A stretch of 63,022 nucleotides of DNA, the filler included. It is 12 parts of 12 records of this genome, joined end to end, with 100 filler letters (N's around TTAATTAATTAA, not from the genome) between each part and the next. Parts side by side here need not be neighbours in the genome. Positions count along the whole stretch, not along the records: positions 42,008 to 47,429 come from SRR11831580_1486; positions 47,530 to 50,131 come from SRR11831580_1499; positions 50,232 to 52,748 come from SRR11831580_1503; positions 52,849 to 54,849 come from SRR11831580_1513; positions 54,950 to 58,367 come from SRR11831580_1519; 7 more parts are not named here. One strand, written 5' to 3'. The notes under the pieces were generated by a model. That model was not told the origin of the DNA. It worked only from the letters and a program-made list of their open reading frames with translations, and ran no database searches. Shown here one piece after another: positions 44,379 to 55,550 of this stretch; within the stretch, counting starts at the first letter, position 1; each line of letters begins with the position of its first letter. A program made the translations under genes and the position numbers.

Positions 44379-45803
44379 TTACTGCATTAACAGGTAGATG
44401 GTGCTGTCGCCGCGCTGAATGTTGAGTGCCAGCACAGACGGTTTGCTGTCGAGAACTTTACGCAGTTCAGCGATGTTTTTCACTGCCTGCTGGTTCGCGC
44501 CAATAATCACATCACCTTTCTTCAGGCCGATCTGCGCAGCCGGAGTGCCCGTTTTCACGTTGTTCACTACCACGCCCTGATCTTTGCCTTTGTTGCTCAT
44601 CTCAGCGCCTTCAATGCCGTTGAAGATGGAGCTGGAATCAACCTGATTCTGGCTGCTCTGCTGCAGTTCCAGGTTCACGTTAACCTGCTTACCGTCGCGC
44701 AGTAAGCCCAGGGTCAGTTTGCTGCCTACCGGCATAGTACCCACCTGAGCACGCAGTGCGGCAAAGCTGCTGATCGGCTTACCGTTCAGTGAGGTGATCA
44801 CATCACCCGCTTTAATGCCCGCTTTTGCAGCGGAGGAATTAGGCAGAACCTGGCTTACGAAAGCACCGCGCTGGGCGTCAACTTTCATCGCTTTCGCCAG
44901 TTCGGAGTTCAGCTCAGTCCCCATAATACCCAGCTCACCGCGTTTCACCTGGCCGTATTCCACCATCTGCGAGGTCAGGTTTTTCACCATGTTACTCGGG
45001 ATAGCAAAACCGATACCGATGTTGCCGCCGTCCGGTGCGAGGATCGCGGTGTTGATACCGATCAGTTCGCCGTTCAGGTTAACCAGCGCACCACCGGAGT
45101 TACCACGGTTGATCGCTGCATCGGTCTGGATGAAGTTTTCGTAGTTTTCGGCATTCAGGCCGCTACGCCCCAGCGCAGAGACAATCCCGGAAGTTACCGT
45201 CTCGCCCAGACCAAACGGGTTACCAATCGCTACGGTGTAATCACCCACGCGCAGTGCATCAGAATCCGCCATCTTAATTGCGGTCAGGTTTTTCGGGTTC
45301 TGGATTTGGATCAGCGCGATATCAGAGCGCGGATCTTTGCCAACCATCTTCGCGTCGAACTTACGGCCATCGCTCAGTTGAACTTTAATGACCGTCGCGT
45401 TATCAACAACGTGGTTGTTGGTGACGACATAGCCTTTATCGGCATCAATGATGACGCCGGAACCCAGCGCCATGAATTTCTGTTGCTGGCCGCCACCATT
45501 ACCGCCCTGGCCACCCTGGCAGAACGGAGAGCTCTGGAACGGAGAACCTTCCTGGCAGAACGGAGAATCATCACCGAAGAACTGCTGGAAATTACGCGGC
45601 ATACGCGGCGTATTAACGGTTGTGCTACCTTCTACGTTAATGCTGACCACTGAAGGCATCACCTTTTCGAGCATCGGTGCAAGGCTTGGCATCTGCTGGG
45701 CTGTCGTTGCTGAAGAAGTCTCAGCCGCCGTTGCAGAGAGCGGAGATAACGCCAAACCTAAACTCAGAGCCAGTGCACTCAGTGCTAATGTGGTTTTTTT
45801 CAT
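44379..45803 (-). CDS. degP: Periplasmic serine protease DegP/HtrA
   Basis: 474 aa, TNNHV, GNSGG, two PDZ domains. Confidence 0.99.
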   Translation of the reverse strand: MKKTTLALSALALSLGLALSPLSATAAETSSATTAQQMPSLAPMLEKVMPSVVSINVEGSTTVNTPRMPRNFQQFFGDDSPFCQEGSPFQSSPFCQGGQGGNGGGQQQKFMALGSGVIIDADKGYVVTNNHVVDNATVIKVQLSDGRKFDAKMVGKDPRSDIALIQIQNPKNLTAIKMADSDALRVGDYTVAIGNPFGLGETVTSGIVSALGRSGLNAENYENFIQTDAAINRGNSGGALVNLNGELIGINTAILAPDGGNIGIGFAIPSNMVKNLTSQMVEYGQVKRGELGIMGTELNSELAKAMKVDAQRGAFVSQVLPNSSAAKAGIKAGDVITSLNGKPISSFAALRAQVGTMPVGSKLTLGLLRDGKQVNVNLELQQSSQNQVDSSSIFNGIEGAEMSNKGKDQGVVVNNVKTGTPAAQIGLKKGDVIIGANQQAVKNIAELRKVLDSKPSVLALNIQRGDSTIYLLMQ

Positions 45804-45848
45804 GTATTTCAGTCTCGATTAACAGATAACGCAAAATTGCTGTGTTCT

Positions 45849-45875
45849 TCAGATTCGTTTTATAGCCTGAAGTTC
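45849..45875 (-). promoter_or_regulatory. sigmaE promoter of degP
   Basis: GAACTT-N16-TCTGA on minus strand. Confidence 0.88.
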
Positions 45876-45932
45876 CGAACTAAAGTTTCTGCAAAAGGTA
45901 AAAATTTATTGTTCGTCTTTACAAAAGCCTGG

Positions 45933-47429
45933 TTATTGTTCTACGGCCATCAGACGTCGGTATTCATCCCACGCATAGAGGTCGGTCATACCGCTGATAT
46001 AATCCTGCAGCAGGCGGCAACGGTAATAATATTCCCATAGCGGAAACTCAGGAGAATCTGACGGTAATTTACTGACAGCCTCGACATAGGCCAGCCGATG
46101 GCGCGTCGAGAGTTTGTGGAATAAGCGCGATTCAATAGGGAAACGTTTCACCCGTTCTTTTTCTACCAGTTCAGTAAAGTCTGATAACGACAGGCTTAAT
46201 AAAGGACGATAAATCTCTAATAATCCGCTAATGACCCGATAGCCCTGCAATTCAAGCCGCTCGACATCTGGATGGCTAAACACATGTTTTACAGCGACAT
46301 TTTTATATAGCTTAAGAAGATCGCTGCATTCGCTGGCATCTTCCAATAATGCATGATTAAACGTTCCGGCGAAAATCGCAGGCAGATTATCAATAAATCG
46401 TTGTGCCGCGTAGGGTACCAGTTTATTTAGGGTGTTTACCCGTAAATACATAAAAAACTGATCTTCCGTACTGCGGCTTAAACTATTTGAGCGTGATTTT
46501 TCCCAGGCATTTTCAACCACCAGCGAAAAGAGCGAACCTTTCTCATGCTGGCCCCACGCTTCGTGCAAATGATGATAAAGCTGCTCAACGGTAAATATTC
46601 TTTTCTCTACCGCATCTTCAAGGTCTGCCACACAATAGGAGATGTCGTCGGCAGCTTCCATAATCCACGTTAATGGAAAACGACTGTAAAGCGCCAAATT
46701 AAGTTCTTTACGCAACCGGGCAATATAGGCTTCTTCAGAAAGATAATAACCCGGCTTTTTCATTAAATAGTGATGTGTCTCAGGCGTTTCGCCACGCCAC
46801 CACGCCGGACGGGTATATTTTAAAATACCGCCAACCTGTGCCCAGGTGAGATTCATCCGCATCAATGTATGCACCAGGCGAATGCCTTGTGCATTCCCCT
46901 CAAAATGACATAAGTCCTGACGAATCTTGCGCCGCAGCTCGTTAAGCGGTTCTTCCCCGTCCCGTAAACGTAGTGCCGCCACGCTGCAGCGATCGTCAGT
47001 CAGAGGCTGGCTTTCGGCATCTTCCGGGTGCAAACGTTGGCGAAACCAGTCATTTATCGCCGCTTCGCCAAAATGACCAAACGGCGGATTGCCGATATCG
47101 TGCATCAGGCATGACATCTCAACAATGCTTTCAAAGGGACCGGTCAGTTCATCCAGGCCGTATGCTTCCAGTAATTTAAGCTCTTTCAGACGGCTTAAAA
47201 TTTCTTTGGCGATGTAGCGCCCCACCTGCTGGACTTCCATCGAGTGGGTAAGACGCGTGCGCACGGCGGCATTGCGCTCCAGTGGAAAAACCTGGGTCTT
47301 TTGTTGCAGACGACGAATTGCCGGAGAGTTGATGATACGCCCGCGATCGCTCTCGAAGATCCGCAGGATCTCATGTTCGGTTTTAACGCCCTGCGGTGAA
47401 CGGTAACGACGATGCCAGTTTATTTTTTT
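45933..47429 (-). CDS. dgt: dGTP triphosphohydrolase (first codons missing)
   Basis: [27 protein letters not shown]. Confidence 0.98.
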   Translation of the reverse strand, partial: KKINWHRRYRSPQGVKTEHEILRIFESDRGRIINSPAIRRLQQKTQVFPLERNAAVRTRLTHSMEVQQVGRYIAKEILSRLKELKLLEAYGLDELTGPFESIVEMSCLMHDIGNPPFGHFGEAAINDWFRQRLHPEDAESQPLTDDRCSVAALRLRDGEEPLNELRRKIRQDLCHFEGNAQGIRLVHTLMRMNLTWAQVGGILKYTRPAWWRGETPETHHYLMKKPGYYLSEEAYIARLRKELNLALYSRFPLTWIMEAADDISYCVADLEDAVEKRIFTVEQLYHHLHEAWGQHEKGSLFSLVVENAWEKSRSNSLSRSTEDQFFMYLRVNTLNKLVPYAAQRFIDNLPAIFAGTFNHALLEDASECSDLLKLYKNVAVKHVFSHPDVERLELQGYRVISGLLEIYRPLLSLSLSDFTELVEKERVKRFPIESRLFHKLSTRHRLAYVEAVSKLPSDSPEFPLWEYYYRCRLLQDYISGMTDLYAWDEYRRLMAVEQ

Positions 47430-47529
47430 NNNNNNNNNNNNNNNNNNNNNNNNNNNNNNNNNNNNNNNNNNNNTTAATTAATTAANNNNNNNNNNNNNNN
47501 NNNNNNNNNNNNNNNNNNNNNNNNNNNNN
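47430..47529. other. Artificial contig spacer 7
   Basis: N44-TTAATTAATTAA-N44. Confidence 0.99.
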
Positions 47530-48128
47530 AACGGGAACAGCAGGAATAACGTCATCCCCAGCACCAGGTGCAGACGGAAGATAAACGCCACACCATCGAG
47601 GTGTTGAGAAGCGCCACCGTGGAAGGTCACCACCGACTGCGCCCAGCCAACCAGTTTCATCATCTCGCTACCGTCCATATGCTGAGCGGAGAACGGAATG
47701 GTCAACAGGCCCAGCGCGCACTGGATAACGAGCAGCGACAGGATCAGGATATCCGCTCCGGTAGTGGTTGCACGCACGCGTGGGCTGAACAGACGACGTT
47801 TCAGCAACAGCACGCCGCCAATCAGACACAGCACGCCGCTGGCACCACCAGCAAACATTGCCATTTTCTGTTTCACTTCAATCGGCAGCCAGGCTTCATA
47901 CATCCAGTGCGGCGTCAGCATACCGAAGAAGTGACCGACAAAAATCCCCAGAATCCCGATATGGAACAGGTTCGACGCCAGGTTCATCCCTTTGCGATCC
48001 AGCATCTGGCTGGACGCCGCGCGCCAGGTGTACTGCCCGTAGTCATAACGCAGCCAGCTACCAATCAGGAAGACCGCCCCGGCTATGTACGGGTAGATAT
48101 CAAAGAAGAACATATTCAGGAATTGCAT
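47530..48128 (-). CDS. narI: Nitrate reductase A gamma subunit (3' truncated)
   Basis: [14 protein letters not shown]...SNLFHIG. Confidence 0.96.
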
Positions 48129-48838
48129 TAGTGCTGTCCTCCGGTGGTGATATTCAGATATTGCGGCGCGACGGCACCGGCAAAGCGACGCTGATGCGCA
48201 GTGATTGCTGAATCACCGCAGCCTTTGTCAGCAAAGAATTTAACCTGCTCTTCTTCCCAGACAGCATCCAGCGCCTGCGGCGTATCATCGCGCGCTTCGT
48301 CGGCAATTTTTTCCGCCACTTTGTCGCTGTCGATAGCGGTATTCGCCAGTTTCAGCAGCAGATCAAACAGCACGGCATAACGGCTTTCACGCTGTTGCAG
48401 ACGCGCGCTCAGCAATGCCAGAATCGGCGCGATATCTTTCAAACCTTCCACGGCTTCGCTTTGCGGCAGCTGCGCCAGGTACTCCAGATACAGCGGCAGA
48501 TGGTCCGGCAATTCGCGGCTGTTTAACTGCAAGCCGTGCTGCTCGTACTGCGCCAGCAGGTCCACCATCGCCTGGCCGCGGTCGCGGGATTCGCCGTGCA
48601 CATGTTCAAACAGCAACAGTGACGTGGCGCGGCCACGGTCGAACAGTTCGCTGTACTGCGCCTGGGCATCGAGCGGATCCATCGTCGTTAAATCGCGCAG
48701 GAAAATGCCCAGCGCATGGGCATCCTCTTTTGGCAGATTTTTCGACGCGGCAATCGCCTCAAACATCTCTTGTTGATGCTGCCATAAGGCAGCATCCGGA
48801 TATTCAAGGAGACGCGATACAATCACGAGTTCGATCAT
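48128..48838 (-). CDS. narJ: Nitrate reductase A chaperone
   Basis: 236 aa, [18 protein letters not shown]. Confidence 0.96.
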   Translation of the reverse strand: MIELVIVSRLLEYPDAALWQHQQEMFEAIAASKNLPKEDAHALGIFLRDLTTMDPLDAQAQYSELFDRGRATSLLLFEHVHGESRDRGQAMVDLLAQYEQHGLQLNSRELPDHLPLYLEYLAQLPQSEAVEGLKDIAPILALLSARLQQRESRYAVLFDLLLKLANTAIDSDKVAEKIADEARDDTPQALDAVWEEEQVKFFADKGCGDSAITAHQRRFAGAVAPQYLNITTGGQH

Positions 48839-50131
48839 GGATGCGGCTCCGTTTTGCTGGTCACATCGATGGCATCGATACGACGGCTGTTGAACAGATT
48901 GAATTTGGTATCTGAACCGTGGCAGCCATCACCAAAGGTAAAGCCGCAGCCATTTTTCTCCGGGAAGGCTTCCCGTGCCAGTTCACGATGACTACTCGGC
49001 ACCACAAAGCGATCTTCGTAGTTAGCAATCGCCAGATAACGGTACATCTCCTGTGCCTGGGCTTCGGTCAGACCGACCTCTTCCAGCGCACGGGTATCAA
49101 CTTTACCGTCAACGGTTTCAGCACGTTTGTAATGACGCATCGCCAGCATACGTTTCAGTGCGCGCAGTACCGGTTTGGTATCACCGGCGGTCAGCAGATT
49201 CGCCAGATACTGTACCGGAATACGCAGGCTTTCGACGTCTGGCAGAATGCCGTTGCTACCCAGCTCACCCGCGTCTGCTGCAGACTGAATCGGAGACAGA
49301 GGCGGCACGTACCAGACCATCGGCAGTGTGCGATATTCCGGATGCAGCGGCAGCGCCAGTTTCCATTCCATTGCCATTTTATAAACCGGCGACTGCTGTG
49401 CGGCTTCAATAACGCTCAGCGGAATACCGTCTTTAATCGCCTGCTCGATGACTTTCGGATCGTTCGGATCGAGGAACACGTCCAGCTGACGCTGGTAAAG
49501 ATCTTTCTCGTTCTCGGTGCTGGCTGCACGTTCAATAGCGTCGGCATCGTACAACAGCACGCCAAGATAACGGATACGACCGACACAGGTTTCTGAGCAC
49601 ACGGTCGGCTGACCCGCTTCAATACGCGGATAGCAGAAGATGCACTTCTCAGACTTACCGCTCTTCCAGTTGAAGTAGATTTTTTGTACGGGCATCCAGT
49701 GATGCACATACGCCAGCCACGGCATTTATCCTGGTCGATCAGGACGATGCCATCTTCTTCACGCTTGTAAATCGCACCGCTCGGGCAGGTCGCCACACAT
49801 GCCGGGTTCAGGCAGTGTTCGCACAGGCGCGGCAAATACATCATGAAGGTGTTTTCGAACTGGCTATACATCGCCTTCTGGATGTTGTCGAAGTTCTTGT
49901 CTTTCGCCAGTTTGTCAAACTCACCGCCCAGGTCATCTTCCCAGTTCGGCCCTTTTTCGATTTTCGCCATCCGTTCCCCGGTAATCAGCGAACGCGGACG
50001 GGCAATCGGCTGCGATTTGCTGCCTTCCGGCGCGGTATGCAGGTTCTGATAGTCAAAATCGAACGGCTCGTAATAATCGTCGATCCCCGGCAGATGCGGG
50101 TTAGCGAAGATTTTACCCAGCAGCATGGCAC
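48835..50131 (-). CDS. narH: Nitrate reductase A beta subunit (5' truncated); -1 frameshift in run 49680-49685 (likely sequencing error)
   Basis: CEHCLNPAC, CRGWRMC, CIFCYPR; frames switch at CPYKK|IYFN. Confidence 0.96.
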
Positions 50132-50231
50132 NNNNNNNNNNNNNNNNNNNNNNNNNNNNNNNNNNNNNNNNNNNNTTAATTAATTAANNNNNNNNNNNNN
50201 NNNNNNNNNNNNNNNNNNNNNNNNNNNNNNN
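50132..50231. other. Artificial contig spacer 8
   Basis: N44-TTAATTAATTAA-N44. Confidence 0.99.
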
Positions 50232-50274
50232 ACATACACACACATACACACGCATACACACGCAGACAGCGCAC

Positions 50275-52247
50275 CTGCAGACTCGACACGGATCCGCTGC
50301 GCAGTTCCGAGCGGGCCAGGGCCACCATATCAGCGATATAGCGGTCATAATGCGTCCAGTCACACAGATAATGGTTCATGTAGCTACACGCACACATGAT
50401 GAAATTAGCACACAGTTCGGGCTGTATATAAATAAATGTTTGCGGTTTTGTGTGTAGTGTGGGTGTGTGCGTATTTGCTGCGTACATGAGTTGGGACAAC
50501 GCGGCCCCTGACTGCGGGTTGATTGACAGAGCCAACCGCGCTGCATCTGCCGCACGCTGTACTTCCCTCTGCGCATAAAATCTACGATTGGATCTCGATA
50601 AGCACCATGGAAGCACCGCATACATTCAATAGCCCTTTCAGAACCCCACATAAACAGAGTTACACAATCCAGTTACACATACATATCGGAGAGGGGTACA
50701 CGTACATATTGGAGAGGGTTAGCGCGCACTCGAAACATTGTGGGTCCGCGTCGATTGCTCGAGACGCCGAGTCGACAGCTTCGGGGAGACGATGGGCCTC
50801 TCGGAGGGCTAGGGCACGGATGTTGAGGGCGTATGCGTGCGCGGGCTGCAGGGGGTGTGTGATGAGGGTAGTATAACAGCATAAAGCACGGGAAACACCT
50901 CCTAAGCACGGCTGTCCAACAAAACACGCTGACACGTACCACGAACACGTAGAATGCTTTGGTAGAAAGACGCAAAGCGAAGTGTGTGTGTTTTCTATTG
51001 GACAGCAACCACGGATGTAATACGCATTTCCGCTAACAACAGAACTTGTTTGCACTAGTAATACGATACAAAACGTACGTTGATAGCGAGCGCCCGGTCC
51101 GCATACTCTAGCGCCGTTGCAATGTCGTGAACATGATAGTGGGAGACCGCCAAGTTGCAATAAAGCTCGGACTTTTCGATCGGGGCATGTGCGAGCGACT
51201 CGCAACGATGAAACAGCTCCATGGCCTGAACACACATCAAAATCAGGCGACTTGTTCAAAGGAACATAACACAAACGTCAACAGCATGTAGCTCAGGAAG
51301 CAGATACCGACACTTGTTCACAGAGTTGCGTATTCCACACACAAACTAAATAGTGCTACGACGCAGCAGTCATACCGGGCTTCCCCTCTTATTCACAAAG
51401 ATATCAAATCGCGCACATGTACACAGTATCACTACACGTACGCACAGATCATCATTCATCACATCATCAAAGTCACTGTGTACCTCACGCACGCGGCCGG
51501 TGCTGTGCCATAGCGTGGCCAGTCCGAACGCGGCCAAGAAATACGAGTTGTCTGTCTCGAGAGCACGCACGAAGTAAAGGGCGGCACGGTGGGTGTCGCC
51601 TTCGAGAATCATCGCCTGACGAGATACGGTGCGTGAGCACGAGATAATAAACAGAAGGGGAAGAAGGGGGGTGGAGCGCACGGGCATACGGTTAACAGTA
51701 TGCAAGAACAAAGCAGACGTGGTGCTTCGTCACAGCCAAGCACGATGTGCGCAGCACATACATATACACCAACCGCGACATTCACTCGCCGCACACATGC
51801 ATGCATACTTGGGCGAGGTTAGTGTACGATGGAGCGAGAGGCACCGCCGCAGTAAACGCCGCAAAGGCCTGCTCCTTCATTCTCAGCGAACCAAGCACGG
51901 TCCCCAGATTGTGCCACGCCACACGAAAGCCCGGGTCATGCAGCACAGACTGGTGGTAGGCATGTGCAGCCTTATCTAAGAGCTGAGCGTTCTCGTAGCA
52001 GACGGCGACGCGAAACCACCACTGGGACTTGTGTGAGGTCGACGCGTCCGATGGCAGCGGTGCGTGACTGGCGTCTTCGCATGGATGTGAAGATGCAGTG
52101 GCTTCTCCGTGATCGATATGAGCAGTGCCACTGGCAACATAACATTAGTTTCATCACAGATATACGCTAAACACCTTACCATTCTTGAAAAATGAGAGTT
52201 GAAATCACCAAGATTGCGATCCATCCGTAGATGACCCTGGTGCACAT
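50275..52247 (-). CDS. Eukaryotic TPR protein, O-GlcNAc transferase (GT41, OGT/SEC)-like, 3' truncated; exons 52247-52180, 52130-51809, 51615-51484, 51225-51079, 50845-50706, 50581-50486, 50383-50275
   Basis: Six GT-AG introns (49, 193, 258, 233, 124, 102 bp) give a phase-consistent 338-codon frame: hydrophobic N-terminus, about 7.5 TPRs, then LCDWTHYD. Exon 1 is less certain. Confidence 0.8.
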
Positions 52248-52748
52248 TACATCTTCGATTTCGTACGCAAATGCTGTCACGAGCTCAGCCAAACATATGG
52301 AGTGAATCCGCTTACTCAGTACCTATCAGAGATGCTGGGAGGAGGGGATTTTGCTGTCAGACAGATAGATTGGATTGGTGCAGCGGTGCGGTCACGGGCA
52401 AGATATGATCACTATGGATGGACCGGTGACCATTACGATTCACATCTCCGCCGCAAGATACGAAAGGTAACCGGACCAGCAGATCCCACCGTTCATGACC
52501 GTGCACCATTCGTCACCCGTGCACTTACCCAAACAAGCTTTGACCACGAAACGCAACACAGTCGCCTGTCCCTCTATCGTTCTCATTCTCGCAGCATTTA
52601 TACAGCTGAACTAGTTGACTATCACTCTCCGCTCCCCTAATATCTCCCCTTCTCCAAAACACACACAACACAACAAACGGAACACACATACGCGGGGTTG
52701 AACGGGTCGTCGAAGCAACCCAGCAATCGTTAGCACGCCCGCGCGCGT

Positions 52749-52848
52749 NNNNNNNNNNNNNNNNNNNNNNNNNNNNNNNNNNNNNNNNNNNNTTAATTAA
52801 TTAANNNNNNNNNNNNNNNNNNNNNNNNNNNNNNNNNNNNNNNNNNNN
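52749..52848. other. Artificial contig spacer 9
   Basis: N44-TTAATTAATTAA-N44. Confidence 0.99.
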
Positions 52849-53272
52849 GGCAGTCAGCTTCTTAAGCCTTTTCAGGATGTCGACGGGCCCGATTGCATCT
52901 GCGGCGTCCCGCTCCAGTTTAGCAGCGCCATCAGTGACTTCATCCAGCTTTCCGGACGCCAGTTCTACAGCGTTCCGGCACATTTCGCTCCCTGTTTGCG
53001 CATAGCATGCAAGGACCTCCACAAGGCCCGATAAAAGATCTGCGAACGTCGGCCATCGAGATGATCTACAGCTGAAACATACCTAAGCGGGCGGTAAGCT
53101 CGGACTGGTATCGGGCAATCTTATCCGAACGTGCTCCTACGATAGGAATCAAAGCAGACAGCGCTCTCCTAACTGCGGATTTGGCGGTCACCGATGCCAA
53201 CGCTTTCCCCAAGACAGTAAGGACAGGAACGGCAATTGCGGCGGTTTCCATATCTTCTTCTTCGTCTTCCAT
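52849..53272 (-). CDS. Eukaryotic hypothetical protein, 3' truncated; exons 53272-53083 and 53039-52849
   Basis: 43-bp GTATGT...CAG phase-1 intron joins MEDEEEDMET...ELTARL to DLLSGLVEVLACY...LKRLKKLTA. Confidence 0.7.
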
Positions 53273-53507
53273 GCCGCGATACCTTCAACAAATGTCGCAC
53301 CGGCAGCGGAACATACTTGAAAACCCGTAACACTGCATCCACGCCATAGTGACGTCAATTCCAACGCCATGGGTGGATGCCGACATTGCAATATGCACAC
53401 TTGCAAACTGTGAGGATTTGACCGGAATGTTCACACGTTCACGTCCGGAGTCCCAAGTAGTTGCAGTTTAAGTCAGGTCTGCGTCAGGTGTGTACCGCGA
53501 GTTATCC

Positions 53508-54849
53508 ATGAGAACCGCCACATACTTCGTTTCAGTTGCTGTTTTTGCTGCGGTCCTGATTCAATGGGCTGATGCCGACGGAAGTATGTTCTGCACTGCC
53601 ACGTATCTGTCGCGTGACAATTATAATACTTTGTTGCTAGCACTGTGCACTCCGGGTTTGAATCGCTTAACAGCCCCATCGGGCAGTCTCCGGTTTCCGC
53701 TTCAAGGGCATTACGCGAATAATCAAGGTGTGTTATTGTATGCGCCTGGTTGTGAGTTGCTTACCGCGTGCAGACTGCTACTGGATCATCGACGTGCCCG
53801 ATGCAACCTCGGTGACTGTGTCCGTGCGCGATCTGGACACAGAGCCTGTCTACGATACAGTTCAGTTCTTCGACGGAAACACGGTCTTCAGTCCGCTTCT
53901 TGCTTCCATGAGCGGCGAACATGTGGCCTCCAATCAGCGCCAGCTGGTGAGCCGCAGCGGGCAAATGCTGATTGTATTTCACGCGGATGAAGGCCTCAAC
54001 GACGATGGATTCTCGCTCACGTACACCACTACGCTGTCTGCAGGTATGGTGTCGGTGTATGTGTGTGGTGGGTGGCGCGGCTTTGCGCGGTTCTGTGATC
54101 GTGTGCAAGTGGTGGCAAACATATGTGATATTCTGTTAGAGCTATGCGTTATCGTCGCAGCAGCTGTTCTGTTGTGTACTGTACTTGGGATGTTTTGTGT
54201 TGTCTGTGTTACTCACGCTATGTATCTCCATAGAGCCCTTCACGCGTCTCTTCAACGAGCAGCCGAATGATGTTATTCTGGGAAGCGCCGCTGTGGAGCA
54301 AGTGTTTGGTATCTACACAACGGGCGCGGCCTCGAGCATTGCTGTGCGTGTGGCTCCCGCTACTCCCGTTCCCACGTCCTCCACAGACAGCCTGTCCGTA
54401 GAGGAGTCTCTGACAACTCTCAGGTGAGTTACCGTGATGTGCATGGTGTGCGATACTGCTGTGTGATGGTTGGTGGTCTTGAACTCTGCGCATATCAATC
54501 GCTCTCTTCGTGTGATTCGAATGCGCGAATGGATTGATCGTGTGGATGCCCCTCATTTTGTGTTTACGTGGACGCACATATGTGTGTTTTGACCATCGTA
54601 CATGGTGTCTGTTGTGTGCAGCCAAGGCGTCCCCGATTCCCCTCTGGTCGTATCCCTCAACGCAGGCACCGCGCCCACAGATTCGGCATATGTCGCCATT
54701 GCAAGGGAACCATCTCCCGTGGATGGCAGCTATGTGGTGTCGGTACCGCTCGATGCGTCCAACAACGCGCGGTTCTATTATGTGCGTGTGGTGCGTGCGA
54801 ATGCGACCGATGACCGGCTGTTTTCGATCGTGGCGGCGGTGGCGGGGCA
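53508..54849 (+). CDS. Eukaryotic secreted CUB-domain protein, 3' truncated; exons 53508-53583, 53641-53727, 53774-54043, 54234-54423, 54622-54849
   Basis: Signal peptide MRTATYFVSVAVFAAVLIQWADA; CUB pattern C..LTAPSG.L..P...Y.NNQDCYWII...DTE..YD.V..FDG...F.AD.G...GFSLTY; introns 57, 46, 190, 198 bp. Confidence 0.88.
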
Positions 54850-54949
54850 NNNNNNNNNNNNNNNNNNNNNNNNNNNNNNNNNNNNNNNNNNNNTTAATTA
54901 ATTAANNNNNNNNNNNNNNNNNNNNNNNNNNNNNNNNNNNNNNNNNNNN
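54850..54949. other. Artificial contig spacer 10
   Basis: N44-TTAATTAATTAA-N44. Confidence 0.99.
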
Positions 54950-54972
54950 AAAAAATTACCGGAGGTGGCTAA

Positions 54973-55487
54973 ATGCCGTTGTTAGATAGCTTCACAGTCG
55001 ATCATACCCGGATGGAAGCGCCTGCAGTTCGGGTGGCGAAAACAATGAACACCCCGCATGGCGACGCAATCACCGTGTTCGATCTGCGCTTCTGCGTGCC
55101 GAACAAAGAAGTGATGCCAGAAAGAGGGATCCATACCCTGGAGCACCTGTTTGCTGGTTTTATGCGTAACCATCTTAACGGTAATGGTGTAGAGATTATC
55201 GATATCTCGCCAATGGGCTGCCGCACCGGTTTTTATATGAGTCTAATGGTACGCCAGATGAGCAGCGTGTTGCTGATGCCTGGAAAGCGGCAATGGAAGA
55301 CGTGCTGAAAGTGCAGGATCAGAATCAGATCCCGGAACTGAACGTCTACCAGTGTGGCACTTACCAGATGCACTCGTTGCAGGAAGCGCAGGATATTGCG
55401 CGTAGCATTCTGGAACGTGACGTACGCATCAACAGCAACGAAGAACTGGCACTGCCGAAAGAGAAGTTGCAGGAACTGCACATCTAG
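54973..55487 (+). pseudogene. luxS: S-ribosylhomocysteine lyase (AI-2 synthase), frameshifted to 111 aa
   Basis: HTLEH and GCRTG are present. The frame is lost at codon 91-92 (55243-55250, CTAATGGT), outside any homopolymer; the remainder is in another frame. Confidence 0.93.
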
Positions 55488-55514
55488 TCAGTAAACTATC
55501 TTCACAATTAATTG

Positions 55515-55542
55515 AAAAAAGCCAGTTCAAATGAACTGGCTT
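55515..55542. terminator. Terminator between convergent luxS and emrB
   Basis: AAAAAAGCCAGTTCA-aa-TGAACTGGCTT. Confidence 0.85.
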
Positions 55543-55550
55543 AGTTGTAC

